A stretch of 64,000 nucleotides of DNA from Ramazzottius varieornatus (taxonomy: Eukaryota > Animalia > Tardigrada), in NCBI GenBank assembly GCA_001949185.1, contig BDGG01000008.1:1240001-1304000 (forward strand), in the 5' to 3' direction. Under the pieces are notes generated by a model. It made no database searches. It saw nothing but the letters and a program-made list of their open reading frames with translations, and was not told the origin of the DNA. Of the stretch, positions 46,401 to 58,564 are shown one piece after another; position 1 is the stretch's first letter; each line of letters opens with the position of its first letter. A program made the translations under genes and the position numbers.

Positions 46401-48532
46401 ACCGTACAATAAGCATTTCGAGATAGGATAGAACTACAAGCTCGGCAAACAAACGCGACCAGATCGTTTTCCCAAATGGCTCATCTTGTCGTGGTTTGGC
46501 TGGAAGTGTGCGAAATTTGTGAAAACGATCTGGTTGAGTTTTTCGCCAATGCCCAATTGTTTTCGATCTACCATTCCTAGTTCTGACGTACTAAATTTTG
46601 AATTATTTTCCAGGCAGTTTTACCGGGTGAGGTTAGCAGCTGCCGAAGCTCTCGTCAGCCTGACGAACAAGCTGACACAATCCGGAACTCCGTGGAGTAG
46701 TCCGCCACCTTTGTATCCGTTCTATAAGAGGCTTTTCTTCGTTCGCCTGCCGAACCTCGTGACAGCTGGAGTGCCGGTTACTAGCAATATCATCCAGCGA
46801 AACGACTTCCGGGACCTCGTAAAGTACTTCATCCAGAGGGAAGTTCCCGTCATCATGGCCAGACTACGCAACTCCAAGGGAGAATGTCCGACTGAGATCA
46901 TCACGCTTCTTCTCGATATGTGGAAGTACAACGAGAACCGGAAGAACTTCTACTCCGACTCGTATTACCGAGCTGCATTGGTAAGAGATTTGGAGAACTT
47001 CTCTGTGTAAAACTTTAGGATATTGCACATAGAAGGTGAATTTTTCATGCTTCTGCATACTTTGGCGCAACATTATTTTTGTAGTCGGGTGTATGGAAGT
47101 TCGTGAGGGACATTCGGCGGTTTTGATTGTCTCTCCCAAGTTGAGCTATTCTTTTTCAGATTGAGGCAGTTGGTGAAACCTTCACAGAATCCGCTGGAAC
47201 ACTGTCCATGTCCGACGATCCAAAAATCCAGTTCGAGCAACTTTCTAACTTGACGAAGCTGAGCATGGAGAACGTCTTTCGTGCGTTGAACCACGAGAAG
47301 AAACTCCCTTCCCACCAGTACGTCATCACGATCGCATGCCTAAACGTCTTTCGTAAGATGCATCGTCTCGGTATCCTGCCTGTCGAATGGTGCGTCAGAC
47401 TGTACAAAGAATACACCCACCCGATTCTCTACCGGGACGTTCGCATCGCTGCGTTCGGTCACTTGGCGGACCATCTGCACACCACGGCTAAGGTAGTTCC
47501 GGATCATGGGCTAATGGACTTTCTCCTGACAGCTGCACAGACCGACTTCGACTCGAGTGTCCGCCATGGTGTGCTGAGACATCTAATCGAAAAGCCACCC
47601 TTCACGATCGAGAATGCCAAACCGGAAGACTGTGCTCTAAGCTCGGTGGACTTGGTCGAGCGGCTGTGGAACTGGATGAACAGTGCCGAACCGTATGACT
47701 CGAGGATCAGATGTGACTTGGTCGATCTGTATTACAGGTAAATCCTAGATCTTTCCCTTGAGCGACGAGAAGTCAAGACGATACGCGTCTGTGTACCTGC
47801 ATACAGGGTTCTCTGTACTCACAGTGGTATGCGGGTATGTAGGTTCGCGTCTTGTCCAGCGATGTCAGTACCTGCATACATGATATCGTTTAATCGTTAT
47901 ATGTCTCGGTGTGCAGGTTGGTGTCTCATCGGTTCAGGGACTTTTTACTAGATGTTTAAGGATCTGAATGTGGATGGTTCTTCAGGTTGTATGGAAGGAA
48001 GAGACCAGCTCCTGTTCCGATGCCCATGTTGGGCATGACGTTGAATCTGAAGGATGGGAAGGCCACCTTGAGTGATGCGGTGAAGGAAGAATGTCAGCCA
48101 ACGTCCTCGCCGGCACAAGCCAAGACTATGGAGGAACCATTCAGTGGGGAACCTGTGCCGCTCAATCACATTAACAATGGCAACGAAGTTTTGGCAGATG
48201 GCTTCTCTGGCTTTGATGAAAGCCGCGATGGTTCTTCGTTTGTGCCGTCGACTTCTAGAGGACACAAACGAAGCAGCGAACACGAGGTACGCCACCTTTT
48301 CAGCGTCCGCTTTCTGTACAGGTGAAACCCTTACTGACCTGTCGTTATTGTGTAGGTGTCAACGAATTTGGCTGGCAACGCGAAGTCGCCGTCGATTAAG
48401 GAGGAGCGAGCTGACGGAGAAGAACACGAGCCATCACATCATAAGAAGAAAAAGAAACATAAGCACAAGCATAAGCACCATAAGAAACACAAGAGCCATG
48501 ATCGGGACGACGAGCGTCCAGAAGTGTTATAA
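43469..48532 (+). CDS. TAF2: Transcription initiation factor TFIID subunit 2 (multi-exon)
   Basis: [77 protein letters not shown] and a His/Lys-rich C-terminus. Confidence 0.93.
43922..47918. repeat. Five intronic copies of ACCTGCATAC-N29/30-GTATGCAGGT within TAF2
   Basis: Copies at 43922-43971, 44846-44895, 47051-47100, 47795-47844 and 47870-47918. Confidence 0.7.
46433..46555. mobile_element. Palindromic ~124-bp family copy (TAF2 intron), degenerate core
   Basis: GGCAAAC..CCAGATCGTTTTCCCAAATGG..GTGCG..AAAACGATCTGG..GCCCA. Confidence 0.7.
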
Positions 48533-48807
48533 CCGGCATTTTTATGGAAGTTGCTCTTTGTAAGTTGCATTGTAGCTGAACCTGTGATAGAACTTTTGAC
48601 CTTCAGGCCGTGTATACCGGCTTTGTGTCTGGTTTAACCACTTGTCGCATATGATTTTGTTTTTTAGTCAGAGTTTATGCGAATCTTCTAAGCGGTAAAA
48701 ATAAACAAGAACATCCATCTGGAGCTCTTATTTTCGATTTTGCCACGATATAGGCGAGAAACTACTGAAATATTTCGTCGACTGCTTAATCGATTTATAT
48801 TAGATGG

Positions 48808-50134
48808 TTAATAAGGCTTGAATTTTCTCGAAGCTTTCATTTGTGCAACCTTTTGCTTATCTTCTTCAAATCTTCTTCGAAGGTCCGTCAACTCTGCAGT
48901 ACACAAAACCCACCTAATGTTAGAACTGAACCAGTAAAACTGCCAAAAACAGATATGCACCGAACTTACGTTTCACTTTTCCTTCCCGGACCTGAAACTT
49001 GTAGAAATCCTGAAGCTCCTGAAAGAAAATACAACATAGACAGTTTTCCCGTGACGATCATAGTCGGCCACCTTCAGGCTTATTGCCCTACCTTTTCTGA
49101 GTTTTTTTTCTTGACAGCAGACTCGGCAGCCTCGCTAGTAACCTTTTCCTGCCTTGTACCTCGTTTCTTGCCCACTCTGGTTACCGTCACCCAGCCGTCT
49201 TCGTCAGGTTCGCCAAGGTTCTGCTTGACCTTTTGTTGTTCTGCTTCTTGCCTGGTGTCATATGCTTCCATATACTCGTCAATTTCCCTTTTGAGGTCCA
49301 CTAAACTAGGCAGAGGGCGTTTCTTCTGATCCATCCATGCTATATATAACCGAAGACCGTCTACTCCCGGTTGCGGTACGCGAACGGACCAACGAAAATT
49401 TTGAAGACTAGAACTAACCTGCAATTCCCGTCTTCACACGAGAAGCTTCTGTGGACAGTATTTGAGGGTCGTGCTTCGCGGACACAAATTTCAGGAACTT
49501 CTCAAGTCCTTTGGAAGAGTGAAACACAACGATGGCTATTTTATCCACCTGTTGAAGAACAATTAAAACTATGGTACATCTTCTCAACGAAAAGTGAAGG
49601 CTCCAAGCTAAATGACCTTGTACCTGCAGAGGAGGTTGATCCACCCATCTGAAAATGTCAGACTCGGTCTTAGGAGGGTCTTCGGAAGTCAGGTCGTTCT
49701 GGAAGAATACCTCGTCGATTTTACCGAAGGAAGTAAACAGGTTTTCCAGCGCTGCCTGCAAGTTAGGATCGGAGAGTTAATCTCTCGGAGAGTTATCTCC
49801 TTTTCGAACTTTTCATAAAACGTTAACCGTTCGAAAGAGCTTCACGAGCTCTGACAGACCCACTTCGGTACAGTACGGTAGTATATTCAACACGGTGAGT
49901 GTTCGGTCTTCGGGTTTCCGAGCGCTCTTTGAGGCCAAGCGCTTCTTTCTCACAAAGAACTGTCTTATGGCTGTTGATGACTCGTCGAACTTCCACAGCA
50001 AAACTGCAAAAATGTAAGCCAGTGATAAGATCATCTTCGGCATGTACCAACTACCAAGCGACCCAGCATGTACGATCAAGCACGCGCACGGAAACCATAC
50101 TTTCCAGCCATCTGTACTAACCGTGAAAGTCCAT
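48808..50134 (-). CDS. RRP7A: Ribosomal RNA-processing protein 7 homolog A (multi-exon; start uncertain)
   Basis: DRTLTVLNILPYCTE, RRM-like region, EIDEYMEAYD, EPDEDGWVTVTR, FYKFQVRE and MKASRKFKPY. Confidence 0.9.
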
Positions 50135-50601
50135 CTCTTGTCAGCCCACTTCCACCTTTCCCACCTTTCCCACCTTTCCCAAAGGATGATAAGTTTTCGG
50201 GATTACCGGATCGCCCCAGGTGTCCCGCCGGCGAACGTCAAGCTGAAGATTGAGAAGATACGAGAATGCTCGATCAAATAGGTTGAACCGTAACTGTAAC
50301 TTCCTCTGAGTCAAGATTTAACAATTAACATTGTCCAATTCGAATGCAGTATCGAGGAAATTGCGATCTAACTTCCGGTTGTACCGGAATTGCCAAAAAC
50401 GACGTACACAGTCCGCCCTTCTGAAGCAGGGGGATTAGGTTATTGGACAATCCTGAGTGCGTGACGTCAATCGGAAACTTCATTATTGATTGGCGTTGTT
50501 GGAAATTTTGAAGCGTGGCATTTTTGTCCTTTTCGTTCCTCAAAGATCTTCAGCGTTTTCTTCGCAGGTTGTCTCGACTCGGACCACGGAGGACAATCAA
50601 G

Positions 50602-50940
50602 ATGGCAAGCCTGGGAGACATTGTCGTGAAGCTGTATGATGAATACCGTGTGCGCACGCCGAAGAAGCTCAAGCTGATCGACGCGTACTTGCTCTACATC
50701 CTCCTGACTGGAATCATCCAGTTCCTGTACTGCACCCTCGTCGGCACGTTCCCCTTCAACTCTTTCCTCAGCGGCTTTATCTCTACCGTAGCCTGCTTCA
50801 TCCTGGGAACATGTCTCCGCATGCAAGTTAACCCGGAGAATAAGGTGCAGTTCGGACATATCAGTCAAGAGCGAGCTCTGGCCGACTTCATCTTTGCGCA
50901 TGTCATCTTGCACTTGGTTGTCATGAACTTCATCGGTTAA
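50602..50940 (+). CDS. DAD1: Oligosaccharyltransferase subunit DAD1
   Basis: [34 protein letters not shown] and [23 protein letters not shown]. Confidence 0.97.
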   Translation: MASLGDIVVKLYDEYRVRTPKKLKLIDAYLLYILLTGIIQFLYCTLVGTFPFNSFLSGFISTVACFILGTCLRMQVNPENKVQFGHISQERALADFIFAHVILHLVVMNFIG

Positions 50941-51112
50941 GATTTTGAATCATGGATGTAAACCGCCTCCTCGGCCGTAGTTATACCTTCTTCATGCACT
51001 TTTGTTCTTTTCTAACCGTACTGCAAGTGTATCTTTGTCGATGGACTACAGTAGTTACACTACATATGTGACATGTCATGTGACATGCAGTATGTATGGG
51101 GCTTCTTCTAAC

Positions 51113-52563
51113 TAGAGCTGTAAAAAACCAGACCAGACCACTTGGAAAGTAGTTTATATGGTTTATGAGGTTCGTGGTTTAACATCCAAACCGAACCATC
51201 TCCAACCATATGGCATCTCAAACCAAACCACTCAAACCGGTTTCGATCACGCACCAAACTATATAAACCAGTGGTTTATAGTTTAATATGGTTTGCGGTA
51301 GTGCTGGGATAAATATGATATGTCGTATCTTATCGAAATATATCGCATCACATTGATTCGATATGTCAAAAATATCATATCGAAATATCGACATGGACGG
51401 TATATCGCTGAGCGGAATATGATAAATGAAAATATCATATCGCGGTATATCGATATATTTCTGATATATCGATAAATCGAAAACCCGCATTCGAGAATCG
51501 GAACTTCGGAAGTCAATACTCCGGTTCGGTAACGCGCAGGCAGCGCAGCCTTACTCGTAATGTAACGCGCACATGCATCCAAGCTGACTTCAGAGAAGTG
51601 AACAGTCGGCGTACCTACGTGCGCAACGACAGACCTTGGTAGATTGAGCAACGAACTTACTCGCATACACGAAGAAATCTGACTTTTGTTCGGACTCGAA
51701 CGTAGTGAACGACAGCTGTTTGGTGTCTCTGTGGCCCTTTCTTGATTTCGATAGTTTTCAACATGGTACTGGCTTGATATATCGATATATCACTGCAATA
51801 AAATTCGATATATCAACAATAACATATCAGAAATGTATCATATCGAAATATCGATACGTGGTTGGTATCTAAAACGGAATATAAATATTGAAAGATATTT
51901 ATCAGAAAATATCATATCGTATTTCATCTTATTTATCCCAGCACTAGTTTGCAGTAAGGGCAGACTTCGTACGAGATCTGCGGATTCCGTGCCAGAACTC
52001 GAGCCGAAATTGGCCGTCTGGTAGTGCCAATCCTTTTCCATCCACTGCCACTGTGCGCAGCCACATCGTTCTGAGTGGCACGTGATGCACAGCTTTAACT
52101 GGGTGAGCACCGTGTCACAAGCTGCGCGACATCAGAACGCCTTCCGTCAGGTAAAAATCGCAGTTCCGGCAGTGTTGGACAACACTGCTGGTGGAAAAAT
52201 GATTGCACTACCGGATGGCTTGCCATGGTGCTTCTTTAATTCCAGCACGCGCCAGTTTTGCCTGTTTGCGTGTGTTCGTAGAGAGACCAGCCACTCTGGC
52301 TCAGTTTCTTGTTCTCGGTGGTTATCTTAGTTGTTTAGTCAAGTGAAGAAAACTGGCAGAATTTACTATGTGCTGGTGATCGGAAAGTTGTTCGCAAGCC
52401 GGTTCAAACCGGCGGTTTATGTGGTTTGGTTTAAATGGTCTGGTTCAAAATTTGGACCAAACCAGTTTTTGTAGTTTGTGGGAGAAACCATTTTCATTTA
52501 ACCGGTTTGGCATGCAAACCACCACTTAAACCAAACCATATGTTCAAACCATTAACAGCTCTA
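51113..52563. mobile_element. Non-autonomous hAT element (1451 bp, composite) with AAACC subterminal repeats
   Basis: TIR TAGAGCTGT...ACAGCTCTA; perfect 8-bp TSD CTTCTAAC at 51105-51112 and 52564-52571. Confidence 0.92.
51299..51946. mobile_element. Nested non-autonomous hAT element (648 bp) with ATATCG subterminal repeats
   Basis: TIR TAGTGCTGGGATAAATA; TSD GTTTGCGG / GTTTGCAG (7 of 8 match). Confidence 0.88.
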
Positions 52564-52597
52564 CTTCTAACAAAGCAAAATTCGCCTCTTCACAAAT

Positions 52598-54268
52598 TCA
52601 ATTTGCAGTCTGCATTTCCTCGGGCATCTGAAAGTCTGCTTCTCGATTCTGCGGAAAGAACTTCTGCTTTAAGTTACTTGTCGTATCAGAGTCCGTTATT
52701 CTACCACTTCCCAGACACTGGGCGCCCATATAGAACACGGCGTACTGGCCAGGCGTCATTGCGAACATTCTGTTTCTTAGTCGAACACGAATGTTTTTCT
52801 TTTCAGGATCGTCTTCACTGAAGATTATAGTTGCGGGGACTACAGGGTTGGCATGCTGAAACCGGAACTCGACGTCCATTTCCGAAGTATACTCACGGCC
52901 AAGAGGTGATGTGGGTATGCCCGATATCCAGTACATGTCTCGTACTTCGAAGGAGTCTGAATACATGGCGGGGTTATCGTGTTTCAAGGCCTAAAATAGA
53001 ATGTCAAAGTTAAGGACAGCTTCTTTAATCATCTCTTGATGATTTTACCACTAAGATATCTCGAGTTATTGAGTCCTTGTACGCCACAAAGTATGGTGCG
53101 GCCAGTCCTCCGATTAGCGCCCTCTGTCCCAGTGTATAAAACTGAACTCCTGTAAGAAGAGATACCAGTTTGAAGCCATCGTTCCGTGAATACGGAAGAC
53201 TAGGTCTTATCAGCGGAAGGTTTCGTCGATATTGTGTAGTTACCGTTATGTCGACCGACGACTTTACCGCTATCGACGTCGATGAACCTTCCGGGCCTTT
53301 CGGGACAGTAATCCTTCATGAAAGAGCCAAAGTCCCGTTTGCCAATGAAGCAGATTCCAGTACTCTGCAATTTTCGCAATGAAAGCTGTAATGTTTCCGG
53401 CGGAAGTACATTTGGCCAGAGCAAGGAAGTACGAAGCCACTCAGCTTACCTCTCTCTTTTTAACGATGTCTTTGAAACCCGCTTGCTTGGCTTGTGACTT
53501 TATCTGGTGCTTGAATGAGCCACCCACAGGGAACATTGTGTTCTGTAGCGCTTCTTGGGAGATTTGCGACAGAAAGAGCGTCTGGTCCTTGATCGGGTCC
53601 CGCCCTTTGTACATCTTGCAAACTACGAAGCAAACCTCGAAACTATCTCAGGCTGTGTTACGGAGCCAAGAAGTTCTAAACTCACCTATATCGGGAACCT
53701 TCTGTTCAAGGTAAGGACCGAAGGAGCTCTGGGCGTAGTGTCCCGTGGCAATTGCATCAGCACCATGTTTCTCCCGCGCATACTCGAGAAAGGAGGAAAA
53801 CTTTACATGCCGGTTGCAGAGTACGTCAGGGTTGGGCGTGAGTCCGTTCTGGTAGTCTTCAATTAGCGGTCTACAAAGAGCGGAAACCCGGTTAGAAGAC
53901 AAACATATGGTTGCCAGGATGCAAGACAAATTGTTATAGTTTCTTACGTGAAAACATGGTTCCAGTACTCTTTCACGAAACTGACATCATGGAACGGTAT
54001 CTTCAGTCGCTCACAAATCTCCGCGGCGTCGGCGCACTCTTTATCCGCTTGGCATTCGCCTTTCTCGTCCGCGACATCCCAGTTTCGCATGAAGACTCCC
54101 ACAACGTCGAACCCTGTATGGCAAGTTCCGTACGCTGGGAAACAGTCGTATATATACGTCAACAGGACGCGAAGAAGTAAACTTACTTTGTCGTTTGAGA
54201 TATAAAGCCGACATGCAACTATCGATTCCTCCGGACATGCCGCACACCACCCGCTTGATGGCACTCAT
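52598..54268 (-). CDS. TRMU: Mitochondrial tRNA-specific 2-thiouridylase (MnmA family), multi-exon
   Basis: [53 protein letters not shown] and TPGQYAVFY. Confidence 0.95.
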
Positions 54269-54784
54269 GATCGAAAAGTTCCTTCCCACACCGAGTTTGT
54301 TGGGGACTTGACCGTGAGGAAATTCCAGCTGATCAGTGCGCTCGTCACAATCCGACCTCTACGACGACGTATGCCGTTGTTCGTTCCAGCTCCAGGCGCC
54401 GACGCCTGTTTATCCAAAGCTGCAAGGTCCACTCTAACGCCGTATTCTGCAGATCGACAGGACTATCCGGAAGAGTTGCAATTGTGGGAGAACATCGACT
54501 GTCATCGAGATTCGAGGACTCTGGCAGAGTGTTGTGACTGTTAGAAATCGCAATCTCGCATTTACGGCTTAACTGCAACGACGTCGCGTCGTAAGTGGGT
54601 TGATCGTTATCAACGTTTGATTGTTCAGTTCACCTTACGCTACCGGAACTTTGAAATTCTGTACTGCCAAAGTCCGGACTCCGGACGTTCTGCAATCTCG
54701 TCTGACTTGCTCGCACATTCGAATGATAGTTGCCTCGTAGGTGGAAGGAAGGATAAATAGTAGACGTGCCCGGATAGCTCCATT

Positions 54785-55688
54785 ATGGCCTCATTGAGCG
54801 CAGCGTCTGTGATTAGCTCACTGCGATGCTTGGCGATATCTCCTGTTAGAGCCACCGGAAGTCGACTTCTTTCTGCTCCTGTTACTCACTCTTCCACGAT
54901 ATTCTCACCTAATTCTGACCTGGCCAAGAGTGGAGTCTTCGCGACAGCGTGTTGTTTGTCCCGAGGGTTGCACACCACCACTTCAAGTCTCAAATCCTAC
55001 AAAAGCTCCATGAAAACTCCGGGAGACGCGATGGACCAGCCAAAGAAGTGGAATGCATATAACAAGGTTCTACTACCTCCACAACAGCCTGTTGAAACAA
55101 GAAGACCTGCCCAAGTCTTTCACCAGCGAACTCAGATTAGAGGAAGCACCCTCAGGATGTGGTACGCAGCCAGCGCCATTCGTGGAATGTCCATCGACGA
55201 TGCGCTGGACTACTGCACATTCAGCACCAAGAAAGGTACGGAACAAAGCTGGTGAGTCGGTCACCCGTATTATCATATGGTATCAGCGGGTGACCGACTT
55301 GCCCTGTCTAGCTCGAATCTTGTTTCTGTACAGAACTTCATGCGGCAATTACACAAATATTTCGCGTGTTCTAGCGCCCAAAATCATCAAGGAAGTTTTG
55401 CTGGAAGCTCAAGAAATGGCTCTGACACACCATAACTTCGAATTCAAGAGCAAGATGTGGGTGGCTGAATCGTTTTGTGGTAAGGGAACCATCGTTAAGG
55501 GTGTACGTCGACATGCCAGACGTCGCTTCGGGGAAGTCCGCTATGGCTTCACCCATTATTTTGTCAAGCTCGAAGAAGGCGATCCGCCAGCGCAGTACTA
55601 CCTACCGACGTTCGTGAATGATCTTGACGGTCTGACTGCTGAACAAATTACCCAACTTCGTAGACGACGTGTGGGAAGAACGTTGTAG
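54785..55688 (+). CDS. MRPL22: Mitochondrial ribosomal protein uL22m (2 exons)
   Basis: Transit peptide, KWNAYNK.LLPPQ, IRGMSIDDAL, EFKSKMWVAESF and HYFVKLEEG.PP. Confidence 0.93.
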
Positions 55689-56210
55689 ATGGTTTTCATC
55701 ATGCTTTCTATTTCTATTCACGTCAGCGTACCTGCATTTTCTCCTGTACTGACGGTAGCCAGTTCAGTTGGTAATCTGGAATCCATTATCCATCTGTTTA
55801 TGTTCCTCATTAAAACAAAGAAAGAATGACTGACATTAAGCAGAACGGAAACTTTGTTCGTGAGTCGCAGTCGCAGCAGCCCGCAGCTAGAACTTATGGG
55901 ATGAGATTCAGAAAGTCGACAGTCTACGGAGAGAAGTAATTATTTGCCAAAGGCTGAACTTCTGAACATGTTGCACTTGTATCATCGTGCAAGTCGACGG
56001 ACTTACCTGCTGAGTCGAATACCATCCTGTCAGCTGAAGTAAGCGAAAGTTTCTGCTTTGACGAAAGAAAAGAAACTGCTCCAACTTCCCCACGGTTAAA
56101 TCGCTGGTCACGACATCTTCCTCGTCCGTTAGCCCCTCCATCAAGACTCTTACATCACATACATTACGTAGTAAGTAGGTAAGGATTGCCTTGTGTAATG
56201 TTGTTATGTC

Positions 56211-58564
56211 ATGGACATTATTGCGATTGCACGTGCCCGTATCGATCTTCCCATCTTCTCATTTTCATCTCCTGCAGAGTTCCGAGATTCTCATCCACTT
56301 TTCAGCCGGCGCAAGCTTCTCTCACGACGCGGATATCCGGAGGCTGAGGCACGAAGAGCCGAATATTCACTAAAGATGGACTTCACATGCCCCGTAGCGG
56401 AATCGCTGGATATTTGCTCGGTGGAAGATCAACCATATGGGAACGGAAGTCTCTACTCGAACTCAACTTGGGATCATAATGCGACCATCGGCCAATATCA
56501 CCGGGAACCTACCCGATCCAGACTTTACTACATCTTTAGGAAAGCTGCTGCAGCTCGCGGTTTCGGGTCGGAATACCAGTCAGACTTGAGAAGGCTAATT
56601 GGAGAACGATGGAGCGATTGGATATGGGCCATATGGGTAGTCTGCCCTTTCCACGAAAATTACTGTACTCGAGGTGCTAACTTGCCTCTTGTTCTGTTTT
56701 CACAGTCCATAGCGATTCCTGGGACCATCCTACTGGGTCTATGTGCGCACTGTCTTCAGAAGAAACTGTTCAAGAGGATGCGTTTGCCTGAAAGACAGCA
56801 CACCCGAGAGAAGTTGTGGAACTACGCCTTCTACAAATTCATCTTCATATTCGGAGTGGTCAACGTCGACTCTATGGAAGAGATGATTATCTGGGTAGCG
56901 TGGTTCGTCATGCTGGGTTACGCGCATTTTTTCATCGTACTCTCCAGGGACAGGTGCGAAAGAGGAACAATAAAATGATCAGTGTTGTTATTCCGATCGA
57001 AATAGACTATTGATTATTTTTCTTTCACGTGATGGATCTTGTTCTCTGCAGGTGTGAGTACATGACGTTCTCGCCATCGCCCTGCATTACAGAACGCAAG
57101 CGAATACTGGCTTTGTTAGCGTCGATCATCGTCCTTGCCGTGGGCATTTTAGGTCTCAGTGCCAGTCTCTTCTGTGGCGGTTTCTATCACACGGGCGTGT
57201 TTCTGGCAGCAGAAGGCGCGCTGGTTTTACTTCCCACGGTGCAAATATTCCTTCGCTATGGGTACCATCAGTTCAGAATGCAAGGCCGTGGAGCTGTCAA
57301 GTGGGAAAACAGGACGAATTTGTACCAACATATTAGCTTCGGCATCGACATGGGTAATCGTTATTGAAAACAACTTTTGCTTTCTCCTTAACCGATCTCT
57401 ATGGTTTGTCCTCGTTTTTTGCAGGCAAATTGTCGGTGGACCTCGTTCATCACTTGCATATGATGTGGCACGTCTGCAACCTCAGCGCTTCAAGTCTGGT
57501 GATCGTCGCCCAGATCCGAAATCTTTGCGCGGAGATTTTCCGAAAGTAAGCTTACCGTAGTTCACTTCCGGTTATGAATTCATGCGACGGAGATGCTAAT
57601 ATTTCAGGTTTGCCCGTCACCGAAGTTACATAGCGATCAGAAGACGGCTACAACTGACGTTTCCCAGCGCCACGGCTAAAGAGATCGACAAACAGGGAGA
57701 TGTTTGTTCCATCTGCTGGGACAAGATGGAGCAAGCTCGGAAGCTTCGCTGTACCCACGTCTTCCACGAGTAAGTTCAGTTTGTCTATTCTGTACCGCTT
57801 GTGGTAATCTTATTCCGCAGTCTGCATGCATTGAAATTTCACTCTCTGTTTTTTTAGGGCTTGCTTGCTGTCCTGGTTGGAGCAAGATATCTCGTGCCCA
57901 GTTTGCCGAGTTAACCTCAGCGATTCCTTCGACATGAAAAGCGCCAGGGCTGCCCACAACGCAACGAATGTCGGCAGATTTTTCGTCTTTCAAGGCTCGC
58001 GCATCAACAACTGGCTTCCCAACGTCTCCGTTACCGGTAAGACCAATTCTAACCACATTTTAGGATGTGGTCAAGCATTCCTGGCTTTTCAGTTTCGCAT
58101 CCTCTTCACGATACCTTTGGCGACGGCGGAAGTGTTGAGATCATGGCGGAGCAAGTCTTGCAGGTTTTTCCTCATGTGACATACCATGCGGTCATTCAAG
58201 ACTTGCTGGAAACGGGGTCGGCAGAATCTACGATCGAGAATATTCTCAATGGAACGATCAACCTTAATCGAACAGTAAGAACATCGCTCTTTCTCTTCAT
58301 CTCCGTGGTTAGCTATCGTTCTTTGGATTGTTTTAGGCTCCTCCGGTGATTGAACCTCGAGAGCCATCGCATGTACAGGTCCCCCCAACAGAACCTGGCA
58401 CCGTACCGGATACGCCGGAAGCCTGGCGAGCATTGCACGTCAAGCGGAAAGAGGCTATGCTGGCGGCAGCGAGACATAAGTACATCGAGAAGATGGCCAA
58501 GGAAAGGAATGCGGAAGAAACGAGAAGGGCGCAGGCAGTGTCTCTCCAGCCCGGACTTCGGTAA
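56211..58564 (+). CDS. AMFR: E3 ubiquitin ligase AMFR/gp78-like (start uncertain)
   Basis: KLWNYAFYKFIFIFGVVNV TM region, RING-H2 CSICW..CTHVFH..CLLSWLEQDISCPVCR, CUE (QVFPHV..DL..T.S...TIENIL) and G2BR-like KRKEAMLAAARHKY. Confidence 0.9.

Noticed and set aside
3428-46555. Palindrome family or 50-bp repeats as CRISPR repeats or integron attC sites
   Set aside because: Dispersed rather than arrayed, located in spliceosomal introns, and no cas or integrase gene is present.
50150-50181. (CCCACCTTT)3 repeat near the RRP7A 5' end as a G-quadruplex or telomere-like motif
   Set aside because: Too short and unsupported; most likely a slippage repeat in the UTR.
52598-54268. MnmA-like gene as bacterial contamination or horizontal transfer
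   Set aside because: It has multiple spliceosomal introns and matches the normal eukaryotic mitochondrial TRMU.
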